A stretch of DNA of 60,960 nt, counting the filler, from Sphacelaria rigidula (taxonomy: Eukaryota): assembly GCA_964200075.2 (NCBI GenBank). It is 2 parts of 2 records of this genome, joined end to end, with 100 filler letters (N's around TTAATTAATTAA, not from the genome) between each part and the next. Parts side by side here need not be neighbours in the genome. Positions count along the whole stretch, not along the records: positions 1 to 30,449 come from CAXNAA020000061.1; positions 30,550 to 60,960 come from CAXNAA020000062.1. One strand, 5' to 3'. Positions 24,301 to 36,900 of this stretch are shown piece after piece. A program made the translations under genes and the position numbers. The notes beneath the pieces are model-generated. The model searched no databases, was not told where the DNA came from, and saw only the letters and a list, made by a program, of their open reading frames with translations. Each line of letters begins with the position of its first letter. The first letter of the stretch is position 1.

Positions 24301-27300
24301 GGACACAGAGGACGGGCAGCTGTATTTGTTGTTGGCCCTGTGTTTCCTCTCGCCTCTCCTCTCGTGGGCAAGCGACCTACGGAAACAGGTGCAACGATCA
24401 ACGGCAGAAGGTGAATCCCAGCCGAGGTGAGCTACTCAGTTAGTCGCTACTGTAGACTTCGCTACTCCAATTCGTGGACTTGAATATCTCTCTGTTTATC
24501 GTCTATGATTTCGATGGATGGTCGCACGTTTACTTTTCCCCCCGGGATCTAGCCGTGGTCACATGATATACGTACCCAAGATGAAGGTAAAATGGAATTG
24601 CTCGCTAAAGAAGAGTGGGGGAAAACAGAAGGGCAGCACAAAAAAAGTAAACTGAGAAAAGAAAAGAACAAAAAATATGAAGGGCAGAACGAAACCAATG
24701 AAAGACAAAGCAGGAACAATAAACTAGAAATGATCGACCACTGCCATATGGCTTCGGTGGGAAACGTCTTGCCCGGAGACACGCTCATCATACTCAATCG
24801 TAAAAACCAAGAAGCCGTGGGAACGAATTGCTGCTCATCTATTTCGACCTCACTATTGGGGGTGTGAAGTTTTTATCTATGCACCCTACCGAAGCGAGGC
24901 ACAAAACCGACCCTCGCGTCCACCGGAAGGGTAGAGCACACACATGGAGATGAGGAAAGAAAGAGAGGACAGAGGATAAGGAGACGGCAGAAATGATGAA
25001 ACCCAGAAGGCATAGTACAGTAAAACAGGTATTGACACACGCCAGGGAAGCACCCTGGAAACCAAGGAAAAAACCAACAAGCATTAGGAGAGACAGGTGC
25101 ATCAGGTCCCGTGTGAGCCAAGATTCTCGCAATAATCCCTAGTAGGGTACAAAGTGGACTTATTATTCCCTCTATCAATTCCACCTTGGATTTCCCGAGA
25201 GTTGTTACTATTCTTGTGCTAGCGAGGGCAGTTCTCCAATTGGCGGCTCTCAACGCAGCAGCTCCTCGTTTGTGACGGCCGTCTGATTCTTGTTCGTGTT
25301 CGCGTCTCTAACATGAAAAATCCAGCGTTTCCAATCGAAGGCCGTGCGACCTGGCGCACACAAAAAGAAGTTCGCTCTACCAAGGCCCGTATCGATGTTA
25401 TATGGACATCGCTTGACAGCAGCAGCATGTGCTTAGGCACGATAATCTTCAGTTTATGACAATTAAACTTGGTGCTGAGCCGCTGGTCTTTTTATATTTT
25501 CACTCCCCTGGACTCGCAAGCTTTCGTCGAAGATATCTTAGTGCCAGTGAGCTAGCGAGTCCACAACCAAATGCCGTATTCACGTCCTTCTACCCTTCTG
25601 ACTCGTTGTCTTGGCCGTTCTCATGTTGGTGCCACTGTCATCTTCTCACTACCATTTACTAGAAGCACGTCGATGATCCCATGCCACCAGACTGCGTTCG
25701 ATCTTACCGTTCAAATGCAACTCGGGGCTTTTCACCGGTAAGGGGCATACTCTCAGTAGTTCGTCACCGGAATTTGTGAAGTATGGACGCGCTCGTTACC
25801 GCCGGAAGAGTCGGGAGTTTATGTACTTCGAGTAGTTTCGGAAATGCTTAAAGCTAAACGTCGACTTCTTTCTCGTTGATGTCCCATATATTCCGTCATG
25901 GGTATTGCAGGAGATCGCTCATCAGCTTTTTTTTGGCAGCTCCTGCCATGTTTGTATGGGGTGCGGGTACGAGCACCGTAGGCGAGGACTCGTTGGATTG
26001 GGGAGAAACAGTCAGCGCAACAGCCTTGGCGGTGGGGACCATCGTTATTCCGGCGATTGATGCCTTTTTTAACAGCCAACGGTTCGAGCAGTGGATAGAC
26101 AAGGTAAGAGCGATTCGGAGCGCCTGTCGTTCACTAGGTACCCTAGTGCGGATACTGCAACATGGTAATCACTATGAATAACAGCAGTCGCCGAGGCATA
26201 TCCTGTACAAACATCGTCAACCACACCAAAAGGTTGAGTGTTGGGGAAAGCCCCCCAAAGGGCGCCTACTCTGAACATTTTCTTTACTTGATGAAAAGAC
26301 GCCGTCCACAGCCGGAGACATTTGAAGAAGTCGACCGACCTTGTCGCATGTGTCACTGCACTCGCAGTAACCTCAACGTGACTAGCATTTCGTACCCCGT
26401 CATGTATAATTACATCGTTCAGGAGAGGTTTTCACCATTGCCACGCGCAACCCTTAATATCGTTTTGCGCTTCACAGCTGGCACTGAATATATTTGCGCG
26501 GGAGCGAGGGCGGGCGTAACGTAGGTCATGGTCATCAAGCGCATTGTGAAAGGCAGCCTGTGGTTCAGAACAATCGACGTCCGGTTTGACAGGCCACGCT
26601 TTCTCAACACTCACTTCTCCTATAGGCAGCACGTTATCATATTCCGGCTTAACGTACCCATGGGGTATCTGGAGTATCGTGTGAGTCATACCGACACGCT
26701 GTGTTCTTGCAAGTCAGGAACGCCTAGCACTACCCATTTTCAAATGTTCGTTTATGTTTCGTTTGGCGTTTCTGTGCCCATGTGTCGTCTGATTCTCGGT
26801 GCCCCAACGACGTACTCCAGTACTCAATTGGAAGGGTCGTCTTCGCATATAAGGTGAGCAGCACAAGCCACTACTTCGTCTTACCGTAAGCCTCGCGTAT
26901 GGTACGGCAAAAGGCACCTTCACCACGACTCTCAACGCTGTACACATTCCTCAAAGTGACCCTGCCAGCGACGATATGTATGCGCCCCCAAGTATTCTCA
27001 CGAGAGGATAGTTTACTGAATTATCGGTTGCGCGAGTGCCGCCACTCACTACATGCGTGGAAGAGATTGCAGCTAGCTTCAGAAACACCTGTTACATCAG
27101 ACATTCAGCAGACAGATATCGACACTAATCTTGATGCTGTTTCTTCGTCAAATGCGTGCCGTGCTACTGGGTAGGTGAAGCTTCAGGTCAACATTCGCAG
27201 AATAATCACCATTAAGCGGTGTAATACTATCGAATATACGTGCAGTCCAACGGACTCATTATGCCAGCAAGTGACGTTTTCCCACTGACTCGGGTAGTAG

Positions 27301-27533
27301 TACTCTTCCGTTTAATGGTGCAGGCACAACAGGCATGGGAGAAGCTAGCGAGGGTGAGGGCTGAGGCAAAAGCCGCGAGGGCAATTGCACATGTTAGCGA
27401 CAACACACTCGGGAACGGCAAAAGGAAGCCGAGAGCAGTCACGAAAAGCTCCAAGGTCGAACCAGCGATTATGACGGAATCAACCGCGGGGAACCTCGAA
27501 GAGGCGGGCTGTTCCATTTCCCCCATTCCGGAG
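9375..27533 (+). CDS. Ankyrin-repeat protein with a C-terminal four-transmembrane module (~710+ aa, 13 exons traced, 3' end uncertain)
   Basis: Phase-consistent exons: 9375-9513, 11964-12106, 12698-12832, 13215-13346, 15473-15601, 15940-16237 (or 16258), 16570-16841, 18879-19007, 22335-22457, 22781-22858, 24272-24426, 25911-26103, 27324-27533. Ankyrin-like motifs: RTPLMAAAATGD, DLDGMSVAMLAAASGN, DYHGETLLMHAAASGQ, GNGMTVLMIAVASRD, DEDGMTLLMHAA, DSWGRSIVTHAVLSGK. Four hydrophobic segments in exons 10-12. N-terminus MGNLQT fits the MGxxxS/T myristoylation pattern. Confidence 0.8.
14973..15342. mobile_element. Intronic foldback/MITE with ~145 bp inverted arms
   Basis: ACAGATTTTTGGTCCACGGATTGTTC...GCTTGGC (14973-15118) pairs with GCCAAGC...GAACAATCCGTGGGCCAAAAATCTGT (15196-15342). 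Confidence 0.8.
19990..21130 (-). mobile_element. Degenerate Ty1/copia retrotransposon pol remnant (RT and RNase H) inside intron 8 of the ankyrin gene
   Basis: LYGIGQAARQCVSKLSATLSLYGFEQSLVNPCL resembles copia RT (LYGLKQA.R.W...GF.QS..DPCL). VYVDDKGAIAWAK...HY and VQHVVLTEQPVDIFMKPL resemble the copia RNase H end. Broken by stops and frameshifts. Confidence 0.8.
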
Positions 27534-28269
27534 GTAAGAAATGGCGGAAACGTTTAGCAGACGGCGACTTGAGGATAACTTTCTCCTTGAGTGTAGCCAT
27601 GATTGTGGAAGATCGTGAAGCCGTCATTTTGATGTGTTGGGTCGAATATCGACTGAAGGCTCCCTTGAGGCAGCTGTCACGGCGTACGTCGTATGTAATC
27701 CCCTCGATTATTGCGCGGAAATGCTCCTTGAATGAATCAAAGTCACATGGGCATCAAGTATCATCGGTTGAGCGATTGTACATCATCAGTTGAGCGATTG
27801 TTCGATCATGCTTCCCATCTTCCCCTATCTCTTGGTGCCACTCCAGGGAGTGGAGGGGAGCATACACGAGCGTCCAAACGTTGGTCCAGACGCCCCCAGT
27901 GCTTCTCTTCCGAAGGCGTGAAACTAGTCCGGCGCGTTCGCTGCTTGATCACAAACTGCATAAATGTGGTGACGAGCTGGCGTCCCCGTACATCAGTGCG
28001 ATTCACATCGTGCAGTAGTAAGAAACATACTTCGCGAGCTGACGTCCCTACACATCGATACGATTTGCGCCATGCGGTAATACTCATAAAATACACTTGA
28101 CACGACAGCCGTACCTCTTACATGCCATCCCTACTCTGCAGTACCACAGGGTTTCCCGCCATCGAGCCAGTATCGCGAGCTGCAAGAAAATAGCTACCGG
28201 AAAGAGGGTGCTAGGGCTTTCACCTCCGGCTTCTTAGGCCGCTTATCATAGACAAAGTTTCTTCGGCGA

Positions 28270-29600
28270 TGTCAGAATATTTTCGGACTTTTTGGGCTCT
28301 GCGTCCAGACTTGTCAAAACGAAGATGCTCGAATTTTTCTCTCAAGCTTTATTTTTGGAGAAATCCGAAACGTTCGGACTGCAACGCAGCACTTCGGAGA
28401 GCTGCGCTGTGTGTACATCGTGGCACTCACAAGCATTCGAGAGTCATCAGATACGTTGCCAGCCCCGAAAATTCAGAGATCCCCAAAACAACAGTATTGA
28501 TATTTATGGCCCTCACAACGCACACGATGTTTCAGACGTTCGTTTGGCGTGCACGGGTTGTCCACGACTACAACGAGTTTGAAGCCGCTCATGTTGGTGG
28601 CGCAGAGTATTTTTGAGGCTATTACACTCCGATGAATGCTACACGGCGGGAAGATTGACCCTCGACAGGAGATTCAGTGCCATAAAAAAAAGGAAAACGT
28701 TTGTCATTTTCATTCCGTGGTGTCACCCCTTGATCGGTCAAGTCTCGAAAACATATTTCGGCTAACAGTGCGAATCTCCCGCCGCTCGTTAAGGTGCAGG
28801 CAAGATGGTTTCACAAGCTCTCGTACGACTTTCGAGGAGCTATCGTCTCCTGCGGGATGCGAAAATCGATGGTACGTTTTCAGACGAGATGAACGCCGAA
28901 CCGGCCGCAGATTCAGTATGAAATGTAATCCTGTTACGATCATTTTATATAGATCTCTGCTCACAGTGCAAATCTCGCATCACTCGAGGCATAATATCTG
29001 TACAGGCAAGCCTTTTTCGTGAGCTTTACCATGTCGTTCAAGCAGCTATCGTCTCGTGCAGCATGCGAAAACCGATTCGGGGTGAGATGACAGGATGAAC
29101 GCGTAAGGCCCACTATTGTCGACACTGCTTTTTGCAGAGATCTCAAAATTTCTCCCAGTTTTTGGACTCCGCGTTCAGACTTTTCCGAGAATGACACGGA
29201 ATTATTTTTTTCTCGAAGCTTCATTTACGAAAACGTCCGAAAATTTTGTATTGCAACGCAGCACTTCGGAGAGCTGCCCTGTGAATGCGCCGTGGCGCCT
29301 GCAAGCATTTGAGAATCATCAGAAACCGTACCAGCTCAGACAATTTGGACGATCTTCGAAAAAACATTGTCGCAGATTCTGAATTGATTGTGATCGTGTT
29401 GCAGCTATCTTTATAGCGACGGGTCACCCCCGATTGATCGATTCCCGAAAGCTTGTTTCAGTCCACAGTGCAAATCTTGCGCCACTTCTTAATACGTCTC
29501 CGTGTAGGGAACATCATTTCGTGAGCTATCCCATGTTCAAAGAGCTTTCAACTCGTGGTGCACGGGGAACTCGATTTTGCGTTCTGAGGCGAAGTGTGCC
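28270..29600. repeat. Cluster of degenerate direct repeats
   Basis: ~28270-28500 resembles ~29150-29390 (TGCAACGCAGCACTTCGGAGAGCTG). ACAGTGC.AATCT...GAGCT.TC...CGA units recur at ~28765, ~28963 and ~29465. Confidence 0.65.
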
Positions 29601-30449
29601 GTAGATGGGTAAGTTATACACGATCCTTTAGGGTTGGGTTGTTCCACCTCACGATTCGCGGTTCAAGCTTCAAGCCCACCTGCCGTGGATCCTATATAAA
29701 AAATAGTATCATCACGGATTGCCTCACCGGCATTTGCGGCTTTTGCAGCCCTTCAGTGTGAAGAACACGACGTATTCACAGCACTCCTGTCAGCCCCTCG
29801 GGTCGCTCGAGCGTTGCCGAGCTCGAGCTTCAATGCGCCACTAGCCCTTCCAGCAGAACACATTGATCGGGACGCGCTATCCTTTCGGTGCGGTGTGTAC
29901 TTCGTCGGTCTACGATGTTGGATAGTGCAGCGCGTTGATTTCCTTTACTCCTGATGGGACTTGTGTTCCACAGACTCCTTCAACATGTTTACAGGGAAGT
30001 ATGGTGTTTCGCTGTTGCATAGTGCGGCATGACGACTTCGTATACTTGTGTTGGCCAAACGTCGCCATTTGTTCGTGTACATCACATCTCTCATTAAGTG
30101 TTGCTACTGAGATATATTTTCATGCCCCTTCCCTGTATGAAATAGAGACAAACATGTCTACGATGTCCACCAACACTCTGCCAAAATGGTTCGGTCGTTC
30201 CGGGTCCTAATGCCTGCCAAAATATGTCGCCTTGAGGTTGGGGTTGAAAACGCACTGCCCTAGGCCAACTTGAATGGGATGGACAAGGGTTTTCCAAAAC
30301 AATAGTTCTGGACACGTAGGCCCAAAAATCGAAAAGTCGAGTTTCGAGGGGTGGGTGGGTGGGGAGGAGGGGGGGGGGGGGGGGGGGGGAGCCCCCCCGG
30401 TGGGCTCCCCTGTTGTTTGCCGGGGGGGGGGAGCGGAGGATGTGCGCGC

Positions 30450-30549
30450 NNNNNNNNNNNNNNNNNNNNNNNNNNNNNNNNNNNNNNNNNNNNTTAATTA
30501 ATTAANNNNNNNNNNNNNNNNNNNNNNNNNNNNNNNNNNNNNNNNNNNN
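30450..30549. other. Assembly gap / contig linker
   Basis: N run containing TTAATTAATTAA (stops in all six frames) at 30494-30505. A smaller 10-N gap lies at 1613-1622. Confidence 0.95.
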
Positions 30550-30914
30550 AGGCGTCCGCATAAGATGCCCAGTACCAACGTACCGCGCAGATATCGGAAC
30601 AGTTTTCAATGTGAAGAACAACAAAAACAACAGCAAGTGCGGATGTACCCTCTCTACGGCGTTTCCCGGTCGATTCTGTTAATTCGACGTTTTGAAGAAT
30701 CTTTCATCGCAGAGGAGTGGCAAGCAGTGTCGGAAACCGTGAAACCCCCATGACAGCAACACCAGGAAGACAGGTGCACTGAATTCTTCCTCACACCTGC
30801 TGCTCGTGGCACCCGAAAACGTTAGTTTATTTCGTGATGACGTACTAGAGAAGGACAATGAACATCGACTTCCAGTAACTTACACACGAGTCACTCCGCA
30901 CACTTGAGCTTTAC

Positions 30915-33900
30915 CTGCACCGTTATAAACTTCAGCAGGCGCCACCGGCTTGGAAAGGGCAGTTTGTAGAGACGCGGGATCACCATCGAGGAAGGCCTGA
31001 ACAGCTGACTGGTAGGCTTCGCTCACGCACCTACCGTGAAGGAATTTTTACCGAACATTAAGACACCAAGATACGAACGACTCGTCTCAACTCCTGTCAA
31101 ACACCAGTTCCGAATATTACGAGCTGGACTACACATGTACGCAACGTTGCAGCAACATCTCAAGGAGAGGCCGATTCTACGCGGGTTGGAATCACGTGCC
31201 AGCCCTCAGAAACACAGGTGTCTCGATGGTTTATCCGCATGTTTTGAAACAGAAACTTGGATATTCTCACGAGTCATCGTCATCGGGCAATACCATACAG
31301 GCATATCCACAAGCGCAGCGTAGGAATCACAACGAATTCAACTGCATTCCGGAACTCGGATCAGATGAATGTCGGTGATAAATGATGGATCACAATGATG
31401 GCTCACAAGACCTGCAGACTATCAAGTCAATGACTCCCAACATCGTTCATTTCTCGTATAACGCTGTGCTCATTGCTCAGACAACTGCACGCCACTCTCA
31501 TGCTAATATCATCGCTCATGAGCCCTCAGAAACACAGGTGTCTCGATGGTTTCTCCACATGTTTTGAAACAGAAACTCGGATATTTTCACGAGTCATCGT
31601 CATCGGGCAATACCATGAGGCATATCCGCAAGCGCAGCGTAGGAATCACAACGATTTTAACTGCATTCCGGAACTCGGATCAGATGAATGTCGATGATAA
31701 ATGATAGATCACAATGATGGCTCACAAGACCTGCACAGACTATCAAGTCAATGACTCCCAACATCGTTCGTTTCTCGTATAACGCTGTGCTCGTTGCTCA
31801 GACAACCGCACGCCACTCTCATGCTAATATCATCGTCGCTCATAAGCCCTCGGAAACACAGGTGTCTCGATGGTTTCTCCACATCTTTTAAAACAGAAAC
31901 TCGGGTATTTTCACGAGTCATCGTCATCGGGCTATGCAATGCAGTCTCGATCATGGATGACGGCGCACAGGATTAAATTATAGACTACGGCTCCCCACAT
32001 CAATTTTTTTTCTCGGATGAATCTAGCTCCGTCTCAACAACAAGAGGCCCTGTCACACACGCAACATCGTTTTGAAGCCCTCAGAAACACAGGTGCCTCG
32101 TTTGTTTCTCCACACGTTTTGTAACAGAAACTCGGTCTTACTCACGAGTCATCGTCACTGGGCTCTACAAGGCAGCGTACAGGATATTACTGGGGATTCC
32201 TATATGTAACGACACATCGTTTGATACGGCAAGACAAGAAAAGAATGGCATGTGCCCGCATATCGTCCTCACCCAATGTCTTTGTTGACACTCAGTGTGG
32301 ACTGCACCGGGTCCGGTATACCCTCTCCGTCCCTGCCCTTGGCAGCCGAGGCAAGTATGATCAACAGACGGGGTGAGCCGTTTTTTTTCACCGGTTGCTC
32401 GCTGGATGAAAAGGTGGTGACAATCCGCGGCATCTTCTTCACCACGGTGCCATCTTCGAACCTAGGGGTAGCAATGGATAGGGGAATAGAGGAACCAACG
32501 TGAGCATCACGTCCCGCACCAGGCCTGCTCTTTTCATCATGGAAGTGAACCAACACGAGTTATTAGGTAATACATACGTTCTACAGGAAAGCTTGAACAT
32601 TCGACTCTGTACGGTGAGGAAAACCTTGCAACGAACTTCCTTGACCACAATTTGCTTCGAAGCTGGGAGGTAACTTATACTCAACAATGCGTTTGAGAGC
32701 GATTTTTTTTCCCCAACGAAACACATCATGTTGGCTACTTCATAGTGGTCACTTCCGTTATATCGTGAGCCCTTTGTGGTGGGCCACTTCTGTCATATCA
32801 CGAGACGAACAGGAATAAAAATGATGCTGCACCTCCCCCAGCACGATCACCTGTACCGTGGTAAGCGTACCGCAAACATCAATAAAAACACATCAGCAAA
32901 TGCTCCCTCAACGTTGTGAAAGCCAGTATTTCGGTGCATGTTGCCTCAGTAGCGCATGATGACAGGACCAGACTACAAGGGGCCAATTTCGTTAAATGTG
33001 TGACCTGCTGTCATGATACACGACACCAGATATCCTCAGAACCTAAAGAGGTGTTGCCGCCGACTGTGTAAAAGGTGATTATATATGACTTCAAGTATCC
33101 TCTAGCACCAATTATCTCATGTGCCACATATTTTATCATTGTTTTCGCACCTCAGCGTGTAGGCAGCTCTCTTCGTGCCCGCGTGTTTGACCTTCACCAC
33201 CTCCGCGCGGTACCACCCTTCCTGAAAGATGGCATTTTCCCACGCTTTCACCTTCCCCGAGCCTCGACCGTCTCCTTGACCTCGTGTTCGACGTGCTACA
33301 ACCGATTCCCCCTGGGAGAAGGTTGGGTACGCTCCTACAGGTGAAGCCGCGGGCATGAACAACCAGAGACGCAAGAAGTGCGATGCGGTGTCGAATACAT
33401 CTATTCTTCCTCACCAAAATTTCACGTGTCGAAGAAAGATAGAAGAGAGGCAAGCTGGGAGAAGTGACCACTCAGTTCAATTCGATCGTTTTTTCCACCG
33501 TTCTTCGACAAAACTCCTTATTTGGCCAATATGAATATGCGGTACGAAACAGGAAGATATCCTCGTACCGCCCCAACTAGTTGAGCGAGTCATTCCAAGG
33601 TGTCAAACTCCGCCTTCCCCTCTTCTGGGACATCAAACGACGGAAAAGTTCAAAAACGGCCGTCTTCCAGATTTTCCTCCTCGTGTTATGACAGCATTAT
33701 ACCAGGTTGCACGAACTGAACAAGTGTGTCGCAAATTTCAGCACCGAATTTTTCGATAAATATTCACATCGCAAGGAATTTCCGAGGTGTGTACCCTGCG
33801 ACCTCGGTGCTCGACAGGAACGAAACCGCCACATCCATGTGAACACCAGTACACTCCTCACCTTCAGCGCCAGGGTGGCTAAATGCAGCTTCGTACTTCA

Positions 33901-36900
33901 ACTTTGACCGGGCGACCTCCGCGTGAGCAGCCGCTGCTCGAGAGACGTCGAAGCCCGTGTCCTCTGCGAACGAAGGTGTTATGGAGTGCTTCACCCGAAG
34001 GGCGTGGTAGTTGCGGGCAATGAAATCCAGCTGCTTCGGTTGTAGGTATCTTCGCAGTTGTTCCAGTATGGCAGCAGCGCAACAAGAGGAGGTGAAACGG
34101 ACACGGGGAGACGCGTGCTCGTTGTACTACATGTACTTGTAAACGCTGTACCTCGCACTCTCACGAAGCAAAGAACCACGCCGCGTGAAGTGGAGCCGGG
34201 CTCGCAGTCGCACGAGTGAGCTCTATCTCGCCAAGATCGTCTAGCACAAATCGTATTCATCATCTCGCGTATGGAGTACAGTCTACAAGGAGTTCATTTC
34301 TTGCTTTGCACCCTCAGGGATTGCCACAGATCATGCACCACATGGAACACCACGCCGTGGGATATTTTTCGTTGCGCGAAGGTCGGATCCTACACTTCGC
34401 GTAGCATGACCTAGCCCGACGAACATTTCGGTCACGGCAAAAAGAAAAAGTGAACCCAAGTTGCCCCGACTGCCTGGGATGCATAGTAGTGGCGTCACTG
34501 GACGACAATAATATTTATATAGGTTGGCGGGGTAGCAAGGTAGAATCGGGGTTCGCGAGGGGGGTTGGGGAGTTAGGGATGGGTTAGGGGCTAGGGGGGT
34601 GACCCCCACGCCGGCGAATCTAGAGAGTAACGCAGTAGGGTCGTTCTTCTTCGATTCGTCGCACTCATCACCAAAAAGTGCCATGTCCAGGTAAGTGTCC
34701 GGTCCGTGACAGGCGCCCTCAATTTCATCATGTGTCGGGCAAGTACGATAATGAAGACAGCTTTTACCCTGATTTCCCAAACACGAAAGGGACCCCAGGG
34801 TCACGGTCCTCCAGCATCTCGCCATGTTGGTCTTCCTCTCGATATAGACGGTCATTTGGCAGCGGAAACTTGGCAAACGAGCGTCGCGTCCGCTGGACTA
34901 GGTCCTTCGATGTTTGAGGGATGTTCCGGCATCACGATATCGTCACGATAAAACTCATCCCCAACCGTAGTGAAAGGTCCAACTTTTGACAGTGTTCCAG
35001 GGTCTTCCTCGTGTACCATCTCTGATAAGACAAGACATTGTTCGGACAGTGGGCAGCACACATAAACACGCGCGCACTTCCCGGCGGGGGGGGAGGGGGG
35101 GGGAAGGTGTGTGCAGGTGTGCGTGCGTTCGCGGGGGGCGGCAACACTGTGCTTCCACACTTACTTCGTTCGCGTAGTATCCACGCCGTCTTCTCCGTAT
35201 AAAAATTGGTGCACGCAACCCTCCCCGTCTCGCACGGTATTGTCGTAGCTCACCTGATGAATACCACATAATGAATTTTACGAAACTGTTGAGCACTTCA
35301 AAGTATCGCATCCACCGTCTCGCGTACACAGTTCACACATCCATCTACCGCGTTCTTGACATCTTTCAAACACCCATCGAATCGTCAGACATTGATTGCA
35401 TCGATACAGAGGAGGGTGCAAAATTCTTGATCCGATACGAGTATCACGGCACAAATTTTCAATTTTGCTCCTCGTTACATCGGCCGGCGATACAGTTCGG
35501 TATCACGTAGAAGTGCTCTATTTTATCGACGTGTTTTGCCTGGTGGTCGTATCCTGCGTGATATCCATGACCATTTCACACAGGCGTAGCTTACCGCAGA
35601 ACCTCAGAATGATCGGCGTAACTACCGAAATCGACGCTGAGTAGCAAGAGTTTTCGAACCATCCCTTGACCAGTCGCAAACTTCGGGAGTTCAAGGACCA
35701 TCGCCATCGCGAAACGCACCTTCAGTTCTTCGAGGTGCTTGACCAGACAACGCTGAAGATAACCTGAGCGAGAAGTCTTGACCGCAGTGTCCACCAACCC
35801 TTCTCGCCCGGCCATACAGTGAAAATAGTATTCCTACCGCATGCGTGAATGAAGGCAAAAATCACGTGGAAAGACGCGAAATCGGGACACGTCCAATATA
35901 ACTCCCCGGATAGGACGTAGCCCTTTCGTACCGTCAGAGAATTGCCACATAGGCACCAACACATGCGAACGAGATATCATCTTGAAGATGAAAATGAAGG
36001 ACTAGAAACAGCTCAAGCGCAAGCCATTTTGAGGTACGATACAGTCGGGGACAACTGGGTACCACTGTAGTCGGCGTGTGCATCAACATCACTTGCGACG
36101 GCGAATCTTCTTCAACAACTGGCGAGAATGTGACCGCCGCTTTCCAAGTCGCGTTCCCATCGTGCTGATGCCATCGCTGCAAAACGATGACAGATGCCAC
36201 TGGGAGGCGACAGTTTCTACGACGTGCTGGTGTTCGTTCTCGCTGTGCGAATGATAGGAGAGAGCCATTCATGTCGGCGTGTTTCATGAAACACTCCAAT
36301 CGGCCAACACCTGAGAATTTTTCAGCTAAACGTGAGTCGACACGGGACAATTTCGTAATGCTGTATGCCTGTCCTCCTCTCAAACCGTACATACATAAAA
36401 ATACCAATTTCCCGGGTTGGCACGCTGCACTCGGGTCCCGCACGTCCTGTATCAACGAGAAACGTCCCCAGGTGTGGTCTCGCGTACAACCTTTCCGAAC
36501 TCACGTGCGCCCAGGGTGTTTTACTCGGTGTACAACACAGCAAATCACCTGGGGTCGGATGCCCGTGAGGAAGCGATCGGTGATGAAGCCATTTGCCCTG
36601 GGGCTTGGTTCAAATGCCTGGAAGGACGGAAGCGACTTCCCGGATATCATTACCGGAACACGGCGTCCCTCCAGAGCCTGCTGTCCCAGGGCACATGATA
36701 CCTAAAATTGGCAACATGGAATGGAGGCTCAAAATAAGAATACCTAAGGAACGTGTTTACTACAATTTCTTTGTCAAAATTCGAAAAAATGATCAGTAAA
36801 ACACAACTTGGGACCTGGGCGCACGTGAGATCGGAAGGGTTGTACGCGAGACCACACCTGGGAATGATTCACCATAGATCCTTTGGCACCCGTGAGCACC

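Noticed and set aside
27534-30915. Apparent truncation or split of RPA1 (no PGEAVG...TQMTLNTFH exon found)
   Set aside because: The gene runs into an artificial contig linker at 30450-30549. Missing sequence explains the absence, and adjacency across the gap is unproven.
30915-34049. A separate nested Tudor gene downstream of RPA1
   Set aside because: The exons are phase-linked to RPA1 and flanked by RPA1-conserved motifs, so they are part of RPA1.
34630-35030. Coding-like minus-strand stretch in RPA1 intron 23
   Set aside because: Stops interrupt the frames, there is no recognisable motif, and the flanking RPA1 exons join in phase without it.
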